Assembly: GCA_032718475.1 (NCBI GenBank)
Contig: JAUCBJ010001222.1
Location: 1 to 32,531 of the forward strand
DNA: 32,531 bases
Reading direction: 5' to 3'
Source: Nemertoderma westbladi
Lineage: Eukaryota > Animalia > Xenacoelomorpha
In this document: positions 10,293 through 20,793 of the stretch, piece after piece
Layout: each line of letters begins with the position of its first letter
Position numbering within the stretch: the stretch's first letter is position 1
Translations under genes and position numbers: made by a program
Notes under the pieces: generated by a model
The model's database searches: none
The model's input: only the letters and a program-made list of their open reading frames with translations
Told to the model about the DNA's origin: nothing

Positions 10293-11360
10293 AACGGGAG
10301 TGGTAGAAGTAGGACTGGTAGAAACGGGTGTGGTAGAAGTAGAACTGGTAGAAACGGGAGCGGTAGAAGTAGAACTGGTAGAAACGGGAGTGGTAGAAGT
10401 AGAACTGGTAGAAACGGGAGTGGTAGAAGTAGAACTGGTAGAAACGGGAGTGGTAGAAGTAGGACTGGTAGAAACGGGTGTGGTAGAAGTAGAACTGGTA
10501 GAAACGGGAGTGGTAGAAGTAGAACTGGTAGAAACGGGAGTGGTAGAAGTAGAACTGGTAGAAACGGGAGTGGTAGAAGTAGAACTGGTAGAAACGGGTG
10601 TGGTAGAAGTAGAACTGGTAGAAACGGGAGTGGTAGAAGTAGAACTGGTAGAAACGGGATTGGTAGAAGTAGAACTGGTAGAAATGGGTGTGGTAGAAGT
10701 AGGACTGGTAGAAACGGGAGTTTTAGAAGTAGAACTGGTAGAAACGGGTGTGGTAGAAGTAGGACTGGTAGAAACGGGAGTGGTAGAAGTAGAACTGGTA
10801 GAAACGGGAGTGGTAGAAGTAGGACTGGTAGAAACGGGTGTGGTAGAAGTAGAACTGGTAGAAACGGGAGTGGTAGAAGTAGAACTGGTAGAAACGGGAG
10901 TGGTAGAAGTAGAACTGGTAGAAACGGGAGTGGTAGAAGTAGAACTGGTAGAAACGGGTGTGGTAGAAGTAGAACTGGTAGAAACGGGAGTGGTAGAAGT
11001 AGAACTGGTAGAAACGGGAGTGGTAGAAGTAGAACTGGTAGAAACGGGTGTGGTAGAAGTAGAACTGGTAGAAACGGGAGTGGTAGAAGTAGAACTGGTA
11101 GAAACGGGTGTGGTAGAAGTAGAACTGGTAGAAACGGGAGTGGTAGAAGTAGAACTGGTAGAAACGGGAGTGGTAGAAGTAGGACTGGTAGAAACGGGAG
11201 TTATATAAGTATTGAACTAAAACACTTCTTATCTTTCACCAATAATTCAATTTCACGAATAACTTCCGGAGATATTATCAAAACTCAAAGGTATAAAACG
11301 CGCAGCTAAATAATAATTATTATTCTAGAATAAAGACAAAAAACATTAGAATTATCAGAT

Positions 11361-11605
11361 AGGGGGGGGGGGGGGGGGCGAAACTGGACGCAATAAAAAT
11401 TCATCCCTCTCCAGGGGAAATTAGACGCAAATAACAGCTGATTATTCTCAAAAATAAAACTATAACCTGTTCTATTGTATTTAGTTTATTGTTTTGGTTA
11501 AAATAACGTGCCACTTTAACCTGCTCCTTTCCCTAAATTGAAATTTTAACATTGAAGCGGGATATTAATTCGCTAAGATGAGATTTGCGTCCAGTTTTCG
11601 TCCCT
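11361..11605. mobile_element. Small MITE-like element with imperfect terminal inverted repeats
   Basis: AG(n)CGAAACTGGACGCAA (11361-11393) vs TTGCGTCCAGTTTTCGTCCCT (11585-11605); internal sub-repeat GAAATTAGACGCAA. Confidence 0.6.
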
Positions 11606-13258
11606 GTTTCAGAATTATATCGATTTACGTCTCAAATTTACACAACAGGTGAAATTTAAAACGGTTTTCAGATTCGGAATCTGCAGATGAGGGCGGTTCT
11701 CATTCAAATTACATTCAATTCAATTATATACATTCAAAAGACGATAAATTAAGCCAACAGAGGCGATCAAATATTTCCAAATAGACGATTTTTCGGCTTG
11801 TTGTAAATTAAAACTCCGGCTCTGTTAGCAGTTAGAAAAGTTGTCGAACCACTCGAACTATCATTATGCCAAATTTCGTGGAAACCGATTGAAAATTGAT
11901 AAAGGATTTGATTTGATCGAATTTGATTAAGGGGGGGGGGGGGGGGGGGGGGGGGAGGGTTCGACTTGCTAATAAAAAGGTTGTTGTAGATGTTGGAGAA
12001 TAATGTTTATTTAAGGATTAACTTGTAACTGCGAATTTTACCGAAATTAAACTTTTCCAAGTTGATGATTTTCTGCCAATAAAGTTTTATTTAATATTAT
12101 GACTATTTTGAAGTTTATGTAATATAATATAATATATGCACAGTGAATACATATAGCTACACATTTAGTATGAAGCCAAACTCTCTTATAGTCCAGTGGA
12201 TGATAGTTGAACCTACTGTTGGGAATACCGAATTTTTTTTGTTGGTTTTTTTTGTTTGGAGTTTGTAAATTATGAATAAAGCATTGCATTGGTATTTTTA
12301 TGCCCAGACATAATTTTCTGAAAAAATGTAGGGCTCTACTATACTGGGGTATAATATGTACCCATTTTTTAAACCATGATAATGGCTGTTATTATCCTGA
12401 GGTTTGTTATTCTAGAACAAAATATGTTTATTTAATAAGCCTACTAGGTAATATAACAATAGCTAGCCCGTAATTCTCCAGAGGTTTTTCAAATTCCCAC
12501 GAGCAAAATATTTCTTGATTTTTATGTTCTAGAACATCGTCTACATTCATCCAACGTAATAATTTAATATTATTATATTTTATGGTTTATAGCTATTTTA
12601 CTTGCCTACCTACATTACATAAGCAGACTGTCTGATGTCTATTTTACTTGCATTTTTGCTTGTTATAGAACATTTTTGCAATTTCAATTTGACCTTCTGA
12701 CAGAAAGGTGGTAGCTAGTAATTTTGATTTTGTGTTAGCTAGTACTTTTTATTAGCTTGAAAGAACAATTCAAATTATAATTTACTCCTCAATTACATTT
12801 GTCTGGAATAATTTATGAGTCATGCTAGCTAGTAATTTCTATTGATAGTCGGGGTAGCTTAGCTAGTAATTTAGGCACTTATACGACATTACGAAATTTT
12901 TTATACTAGCTAGTTTTTGCTACTTTTTTTCATGTTCTAGAATATCTTAGCTATTCATTTAAAAATAATAGTTATTCTAGAACAAGTATTTATTCTTCTG
13001 GAACATTTAAAAACACATTATTACGATACATTATGTATCAAATTATGATAGATTAAATTTTATGTTTTTCCATATTATATTTAAAAAGTAACAATTATTA
13101 ATAATTATTTTATAAAGGCAAAGCAAAATATAATTAACAAACTATAGCTAATACAAAAATACTGGCTTCCATGTCTCCAAAACGTAACTGTTTGATGTAA
13201 AGAAAAAAGAAAAGAAAAAATGATATTTAAAATTTTGAAAAATAGCTTTTTTTTTAAT

Positions 13259-13360
13259 GTTCTAGAACAAAAAATATTAGTTCTAGAACAACAAATATTA
13301 GTTCTAGAACAAAAAATATTTGTTCTAGAACAAAAAATATTTGTTCTAGAACAAATATTA
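13259..13360. repeat. 21-bp tandem repeat x5, each unit carrying the palindrome GTTCTAGAAC
   Basis: Units start at 13259, 13280, 13301, 13322 and 13343. Confidence 0.92.
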
Positions 13361-13820
13361 TTACATATTTATGCAAATGTAACATATATGATTAATAAAT
13401 GTAGGCCTACAATGCATCCCGTTTTTACATAAAATACACAGGATTCAAAAAAAATTAGAAATGTAGGTAGCCATGTCGTAAGTGCCGTAATTTATTACTA
13501 CAGTTTGTTTTTATACAAAATATAGATATGGGTGTCAAAATTCAGGTTTTAGGCGAACTATTCAGAAATGTAAATTATATACCCCCATCCGGTTATGTCT
13601 TTTTTTTATTATAACTATCTTTTTTTAGTAATGTTAAAAGTAATTTTAAAAAATTTGTATTTTTAAATAGTAATTTTTCACTTTAAATAAAGTTACCGGT
13701 GCTATCAATTAAAAAAAACCTTACAACTGTTGATAGTAATTATTCCCGACCGATCAGGTCTCACCTTGTTACCATGACATCCGAAAACATTTTTAACATT
13801 GAAAACATTGTTAAATTATT

Positions 13821-14088
13821 GTATATGTGTTTAACATCCATAGATTGTATAAATTATAAGTAATTAAACAGGACTAAGGATGATCAAACTCTATAGCAAA
13901 TGGAGCGGAAAAAATGAATTCGCCACCAGCGGGGATCGAACCCGCTGTTTGCCTCCGTGGTGTAGTGGTTAGCATACCTGAACGTTTATCGGGAGACCCG
14001 GGTTCGATCCCCGCTGGTGGCGAATTCATTTTTTCCGCTCCATTTGCTATAGAGTTGGATCATCCTTAGTCCTGTTTAATTACTTATA
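13821..14088. mobile_element. Head-to-head inverted tRNA-derived element with a probable 14-bp target-site duplication
   Basis: 93-bp inverted arms 13852-13944/13999-14091 (one mismatch), flanked by direct repeats ATTGTTAAATTATT at 13807-13820 and 14089-14102. Confidence 0.8.
13951..14022 (+). tRNA. tRNA-like sequence (pseudo-tRNA/SINE head; Asp/Glu/Val-like body, nominal GTT anticodon in a non-canonical loop)
   Basis: Folds as a cloverleaf with two mismatches (acceptor GCCTCCG/TGGTGGC, anticodon stem CCTGA/TCGGG, T loop TTCGATC). A and B boxes are intact and TTTTTT follows at 14029-14034, but loop ACGTTTA lacks U33 and purine 37. Confidence 0.55.
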
Positions 14089-14468
14089 ATTGTTAAATTA
14101 TTATTCTAGCAACTCCCATATTTTTATTTATTTAGTTTTAGTATCGTATTTAGTATTTTATTCGTTTTAGAGGTTAACCATATTTAATAATTTTTCGGTA
14201 GTATCTCTATTGTTATTTTACTTTCAAATTCACGATTTATAACCCTAACAACGGGAGTGAGTACTGAACTATTCCTCCCAAAATGGAAATTGTGAAATGA
14301 TCTTAATGTTCTCAGCAAAGAAAATATACTATAGCAACTGGGGGCATTTCATAACAAACTGTCGGTTTTTCACAGCAATGATATGTTTTTTTTATTACTT
14401 GAAATTTTCCAAAAATATTTATATGTTAGTTAAATTATTTTAAACTCTATTTATATGATAAATAAGTT

Positions 14469-15521
14469 ATGTCATCCTCTTCGGGACCACCGATACATTT
14501 GAGTAACGTTAATATCTCGTCGTTGAGTCTAGACCTGGTTGATCTCAAGGTGCCGAAGATGCACTACCAACCCCGGAAACACTTCTGCCTGTTTTGCAAG
14601 GTCAATGAATGCACTCACACCGCACTCAAATACATCATATTCTCCTTCAACATTGCGTTCTGGATGCTTAGTGTTTTGATTATCATTCTGGGGATTTGGG
14701 CGACGTTTGAAATCTCGAAGTCTCAGAACAGCAGAGTGTATTCCAAGCTCGAGAGACCGTGTACTATCATCATTGTAATTGCCAGTTTAATTAGTTTGAT
14801 ATCTGCTTTTGGAACTCTTGGCGCCCTTCGCGAGAACATCCCCTATCTCAACTTATACATATACTGCCATGCCATCATACTTTTAGTGCAGTTCGTTCTA
14901 TCTATTTTAGCTATTATTAAGGTAATATCTTTGGAATCTTTTCTTGCTACTGTATTCGAAAGGGCTATAAAGACTTACGTCGATATTATCGATAGCCAGA
15001 ACTTCATAGATACTGTACAGAAGACACTGCACTGCTGTGGCGCCCGTGGTCCGAACGACTGGGACTATAACATCTATTTTATGACGGACAGTAAAGCGGT
15101 GAGTGCCGGGGGTGTACCCTGGAGCTGTTGTTTCGATGTTGACACGGTCGCCTTGGATACGATTAATACGCAGTGCGGTTACGGTGTTCGTAAGGGAACT
15201 ACAAGTGTCATTCAAATGTCGTTAGGCGGTATAAATGTAAGAGGATGCGTGGATGCGATAGGAGAAACAATCAGGAACAACACGGCTATTTCCGTTTTAT
15301 TCGCGTTATTCAGCTTTGGATTGCAGGGCTTCTCTGTATTTGCTGTCATGATTTTTAAAAGACAACTTTTGGACACAACCGCAGCTATAAAGGCCATGGA
15401 GAGAGACTGGACTACTAAGAGACTGAGCAACTCGTTGACTATAGAAGACGTTAATGCTGAGAAAGAGGATAAACCAATTGAACTCGTTAAGTCTAGTATA
15501 TATTATGACGCTCTCAGTTAG
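14469..15521 (+). CDS. Intronless tetraspanin, TspanC8 (Tspan5/14/17/33)-like, nested in the SH2 gene intron
   Basis: Four hydrophobic segments, LKY..F.FN..FW, G.LGALREN, and EC2 motifs CCG...DW..NIYF, GVPWSCC, INTQCGY and RGC. Intact 350-aa ORF; the start could alternatively be Met31. Confidence 0.95.
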   Translation: MSSSSGPPIHLSNVNISSLSLDLVDLKVPKMHYQPRKHFCLFCKVNECTHTALKYIIFSFNIAFWMLSVLIIILGIWATFEISKSQNSRVYSKLERPCTIIIVIASLISLISAFGTLGALRENIPYLNLYIYCHAIILLVQFVLSILAIIKVISLESFLATVFERAIKTYVDIIDSQNFIDTVQKTLHCCGARGPNDWDYNIYFMTDSKAVSAGGVPWSCCFDVDTVALDTINTQCGYGVRKGTTSVIQMSLGGINVRGCVDAIGETIRNNTAISVLFALFSFGLQGFSVFAVMIFKRQLLDTTAAIKAMERDWTTKRLSNSLTIEDVNAEKEDKPIELVKSSIYYDALS

Positions 15522-15769
15522 AGGATATTCTCTACTAACTGTATTTTGTAAGGCAACTATGTTACAGCTATTTTCTCATTATATATCAGTTTTGTGTAAA
15601 ATCTTAGTTATTTTGCGCTTTGTTTAAATTATCATTACGACGTAGAACTTTACAGCGTTACCGATATCGTTGAACTTAGGAAACACTGTAAGGCAGTTAG
15701 GGCGCCGCACTAACTCCCAAGGTTCGAATTCTCCCACTGCTTGGTGTTAACAGCTTAAACAACGAAAAC

Positions 15770-15851
15770 AGGGCTGTTCCTTAACTCCGGATCGAACTCA
15801 TTACCTTCCGGTTGGAAGATCGTCGCTCTAACCACCTGGGAAACCTGGACC
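15770..15851 (-). mobile_element. Degenerate tRNA-derived SINE head
   Basis: Minus strand ...CCCAGGTGGTTAGAGCG...GAGTTCGATCC has A/B-box-like spacing. Confidence 0.5.
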
Positions 15852-17689
15852 GGAGGGGGGGATTAATAATCGGATGAATACCATGGTAACACAAAGTGGG
15901 GCCTTCGCGCAGCACATATATCTTTCAACTCGATAGAATTATAAGCAAAATATAAGCAGATTTCCCCTATCAGTTTACCAACGGTAGATGCAGACTGGGT
16001 AACTGCAGTCGATTTAAAATCTCACAAAAGTCAATCATTTACATTTTTGCCCACTAGCGGTACACTGTAGAACTGCAGATGGATTAGACTCCCCTCATAG
16101 ACGCAGCCAGCGGTGTTCTAGTACATATCTGCTAAGTTTCAGCTTGAACGGATTAAAAGCGCGGAAATGGGAGGACATTTAATGTATAGACAAGACATGT
16201 ATCCCTCTAGAGGGAGACTATTCAACTGAAATGAACGATATGTACGAAAGTCCCCCAAATATACCAATTTTTGGTCCTATTAATTCTCCCAACATTTTTA
16301 ATTGGAAAGCTTTTAAAATCAGAAAAAATTTAATATTACATTAGTATCACGTCAACATCGTAACAACATCGAAGACGACCTGCCATTATTGACCCACCCC
16401 CTAACAGTGTCAGTCCGCTAAGGCGCAGCAAACTTCATGGCTCGTCCCACATATATATATAGATGTAACACGTAGCGAATTCGACATAAATGGTTATGTA
16501 TAACGGCGTTTTAACGATTTTGGGAAATGTAACAAGGGCGTTATCATGGATATCTGGGCGTATTGACTACTTGTAACGATTACGCCTTAGTGGCGCTCTC
16601 AGTGTATTTTTGGTCTAAAGTCAGATGTCACACACTATTTTTTTGTTCAACCAGTGCAAAGTACCAATGAACATAAAATTACTTAATCCACCACGAAGAA
16701 AGCTTTTTCTGTGCTAAACTGCTTCACTTTTGATAAACTCGCTTGTAAATGGGTAGTTTCCATTAGATAGAGTAAATAGTCTAAGTGGATCGCCACTGTG
16801 TTGAATTAATGCTGGTAATAATGAACTGATATGATGGTATCTTGCCAATTTATTTTTATTATGGGGCTATGAATTATACAATATACAGTGTTCAGATTAC
16901 AATCATCAGATTAAGATCATCATAAATAAACTAACTAACTAATACTTTTAGATATTATTTTTGTTTTAAATATTTTATTCTCATTTAATAAAGGAAACAT
17001 TAGTTAATGCTATCACCAAAATAATGTTGAATTGTAGTAAAATGATGCGATATATGTATGTAACATATATGCCTTTTTATCATACACATGAAATATATAT
17101 ATATATAGTTGCAAATGCGTCAAAAGTTAATAGCATTAATTCGCCATTATAATATGCAATATATACAGCAAGAATGAATAATGTAACAAATTATGTAATT
17201 AGTACTGATGAAACACGTCTGTTGTATAAAAAATAAATATACAAGTTAAAAATACGTCCAAGAAACCTGTGGTGCAAATTCTTGTGTGATTTATTACATA
17301 TGATAATAATGACTAATTATCTAAAAATGTGGGGTTTGATCAAGAATCCGACCTACGGTTACAAAAAATAATTTTGTGTTTTTTTATTGATTCAAATACA
17401 CATTTTTATGCTGAATCGAACACTGAAAACAGATTTCAAATCCGATAAAGATATTGAGTTTTGAAAATTAGTAGTCTAATGACCAAATATTAACAAAGTT
17501 TTGAGAAAAACGGCTTTAAAGTTATGAGAGTTTCAAACGTTCCCGCCAATTTTCTGTAATTGGGGGATTATTATGTAAACTTTTACGATATTTCAAAGCA
17601 GACTTGTAAAACATTAGGTACATACGTCAGAATTCAGATACACATCAGTGTATGGAACTTTGGCGACAATATTTTAATTTGTATTTTTA

Positions 17690-18039
17690 TTGGAGGTCAC
17701 TCTGTCTGTTTGTCTGAATACTTGTCTGTTTCTCTGTCAAAAATGTAACAAATAAATAAATATAACACCACCACCTAAATTTTTTTGCTATTGGGTTTTT
17801 ATTTGCCGATGATTTATAATACGATATCGGTTTTCACTATATATCGATTCTAGACGATTGTCTGCATGTCAGTCAGTCTGTCTGTTTTTGGTTTGTCAGT
17901 CTGTTAAAATTTAAGAAGTGCACAAACTGTTCAAAATTTGTGTTATAAGGTTTTTCTGGGTGGTGATAACATTTAAAATGTCACTGGGTGGTAATTACAG
18001 TTAAAATTTCACTTTTCCAGTTTAAAGAAATCTAGACTT

Positions 18040-18077
<38 letters not shown>

Positions 18078-18610
18078 GAAATTGAGAACTAAATCAAATT
18101 AACAAAAAAATTTATATATGGGGTTTTCTTGGTTGGTGATTTCATTTCTGATATCTATGTTTACGTTTGATTTATTGTTTAATGTTTGTACGTCTGTCTG
18201 TCGGTCTGTCTTTCTGTCAAAATTGAGAAATAAATCAAATTAAGAAACATATCTATTTATGGGGTTTTCTTGGTCGGTAATTTCATTTCCGGTAGCTATT
18301 TTTTTTACGTTTGATTGATTATTTAATGTTTTTACGTCTGTCTGTCTGTCGGTCTGTCTGTCCTGTTTGTCTTTTGTCTGTCAAAATTGAGAAATATATC
18401 AAATTAACAAATAATTATGGGGTTTTCTTGGTCAGTGATTTCATTTCACCCACAAGCAAAATATTTTGTTACATATCATATTTCCCTAATTTTGACAGAC
18501 AAACCGACACACAGACAGACAGACAGACTGATGGACAGTCTAGAATCCGTCAGCCGTGGAAAGTAACAATTGAAATGAAATCACTGAACAGGAAAACTCA
18601 TAGCGAAAAT
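17690..18610. repeat. Degenerate ~140-165-bp tandem repeat with (CTGT)n tracts; last partial unit inverted
   Basis: AAATTGAGAA..AATCAAATTAA..GGGGTTTT(T)CTTGGT..GTGATTTCATTTC recurs near 18079, 18219 and 18384. Its reverse complement with (ACAG)n lies at ~18490-18602, and a related copy at ~27150-27370. Confidence 0.75.
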
Positions 18611-19519
18611 TATCCTGTAGGACAAATACAATTATAGTATGTTGAAAAAGTAATAGCTTATCTTACAAAAAATTGACCACTTAAATTTATACTAATTTCA
18701 AAATAAGTGAGGTCTACAAAAAATCAAATAACTCCAAAACTAAAATAGATATGAAAATTTCGTTTACTGTTTCATTATAAAATAATGCGAATTAAGCTAT
18801 GTCTCCATTTCATGGTTTCTAAGTAAAAACTGTCTTCAACTGGTATTTCATATAAAGTTCGTCGCTAATCTGTGTTGCTGTTTACTATCTATACATAGAG
18901 AGAGCGACCGAAACAACTGAATCCCATCTATCATTTCATTTCTACCATCTTCATTTGACATACTTGACTTGTCATACTTGATTTGACATATCGGTACTTG
19001 ACATGGCTTGTGATTTTTGGTTTGACATAATTTATTTGTCATACTCCACTTGACTTAAAGATATAGGCCTATTTGATTTGATATACTTCTGTTGACATAT
19101 TTACGTAACATACTGTACATTACTTGACTTGACAAATTAACATATTTTACTTGACTTGAAATTATTGACTTGACATGACTTGGCCTGACATAACTGACGT
19201 GATATACTTGACTTCACTTGATATAAATGTGCTTGACTTGGCATACTAGACTTCGCTTGATACACTTTACTTGACAAACTAGGACTTGACTTGACAAAAT
19301 AATTGACCCGACATATGTACTTGAATTGACCAGACTTGACATACTTGAATTGAAATTCATGACTTGAATTTCTTCCGCCAAGAGAAGTCAAGTGCCTCAA
19401 GTAATGTGATCACTTAAACAGGCTATGTCTGCTACAATATTTATGCATAAATGTTTTCATTGTTAAAACTTAATCGCATAATGGAACTATTTCGTCAATT
19501 GAAGTCGATAAAATGACAA

Positions 19520-19640
19520 GGGGGGCGTTCATAAAGTATGTCACGCACTAGGGGGGGGGGGGGGGGGGGGGGGGTAGACAGTCTTTTTTGCGTGACATTT
19601 TGTGACAGGGGGAGGGGGGTTCGACCTTTGTGACGGTCAC
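19520..19640 (+). mobile_element. Fragment resembling a PIF/Harbinger-type MITE terminus
   Basis: GGGGGCGTTCATAAAGTATGTCACGC followed by a G-run and GTGAC repeats resembles common GGGGCCGT(C/T)CATAAATTACGTCACGC ends. The partner end was not found. Confidence 0.45.
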
Positions 19641-20655
19641 GGCGATGTTCTATGCTTTAATGTTAGCTTGGCTTTGACTTTCACACACATGTGTAGAAGA
19701 GTGGGTAACTTTAAGGAAAATAAATTCAATATCATTGAGTTTAATCGATAAATTGAGTTGGACATAGAAGCCATTGACTTCAACACTGTGAATACACTTG
19801 ATTCCATTATTTATGCATATATCTTTTCATTGTCACAACTTAATCGCATTATGAAACAATTTCGTCAATTGAAGTCCATAAAACGCCAAAGGTAGAAAAA
19901 AAATAATAATTTGCACAAGGCCTACTGAGAAGGCCATTTTCGTTGAGGCGTTTTTTCCGCGCTTTTAGCCGCGTTTTCTGACACGCTTCCATGACCTTTC
20001 CTTTGGAACCCAGAATTCACTATAAATACAGTACGAAGAATAACGGCGCAACTGGTGCAATATAATATCGACACTAAAAGAAAGACACTATATTCAGTAA
20101 TGGTGTAGGAATGTTAAGGTTCTAATTTCTAATTTATTTTGATATACTTGACTTGACATGCTAGACTTGACACCAGCACTACCACCCCCCATCATAATAC
20201 CGTCCCAGGCCTAGAATCCGAATATTTACCAACTCGCAGGGTTGGCAAATCAGCGTACTTAATGACGTCGCTACATTGTGCTACATAAACCGTTCTAGAA
20301 TGCCATTGGCTGGACTCCAAAAAAATCGACTATTATAATTATGAAATTGGTTATCCTGAAGATTACTTAGATGATTGACAATTATCGGGCTTTTTGTAAT
20401 AGCTGATGGTTCCTGTGGGAGCATTATTGGCACATCTTAGTTAAATCAACTTTGTCAAGTCAAGTATGTCAAGTCAATTATGTCAAGTAGAATAAGCTAA
20501 GTCAAATACTGTATGTCAAATAAAGTACAGTATGTTAAGTAAATATAACCAGCCAACAATCTAAAAAATATGATTTTCAGTCTGGTACAGTAGGCTAATA
20601 TAAATAGGCTTAATGCATAATATGTCAGGGCTTAGAAAAAATGCGACTGATAGCA

Positions 20656-20793
20656 AAACTTTCCGCGATATGAAGACAAGCTTTGTATGTGACGACGTCA
20701 CATACAAAGCTTGTCTTCACATCGCGGAAAGTTTAAAAATAAATCTAACGGGTTACAAATACGTCGTATTTGTAACCCTTTAGATTTATTTTT
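20656..20793. repeat. Two abutting near-perfect palindromes (39-bp and 29-bp arms, 1-nt centres)
   Basis: 20656-20734 centred on A20695 and 20735-20793 centred on T20764, one mismatch each. Confidence 0.95.

Larger units (their letters stand above)
7146..10863. repeat. Higher-order tandem duplication, period 1847 bp (minisatellite block plus SINE)
   Basis: Rare variant units and the SINE recur at exactly +1847 (e.g. ORF starts 7192/9039, 7507/9354, 8378/10225). Confidence 0.93.
5150..11200. repeat. 30-bp minisatellite (consensus GGTAGAAGTAGAACTGGTAGAAACGGGAGT), roughly 180 units in three blocks: 5150-8169, 8446-10016, 10293-11200
   Basis: Directly visible. The unit is a dimer of two GGTAGAA-containing 15-mers, with occasional 15-, 16-, 24- and 25-bp variant units. 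Confidence 0.98.

Noticed and set aside
5150-11200. CRISPR-like repeat/spacer array
   Set aside because: Repeats are head-to-tail with no unique spacers, the two interruptions are the same SINE, the context is eukaryotic and there are no cas genes.
5150-11309. Long ORFs (GRSRT-, VEVEL-, LLLPLPF- and FYQFY-repeat proteins)
   Set aside because: They are by-products of a 30-bp unit with no stop in five frames. They shift frame at variant units and lie in an intron.
13951-14022. Functional tRNA-Asn(GTT) gene
   Set aside because: The anticodon loop lacks U33 and purine 37, the acceptor and T stems have mismatches, the body is not Asn-like, and it sits inside a TSD-flanked repeat.
14440-14540. 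In-frame splicing of SH2-gene exon 4984-5149 onto the tetraspanin (chimeric protein)
   Set aside because: The two most plausible AG acceptors I checked (14465-14466, 14531-14532) are not phase-compatible with the phase-2 donor.
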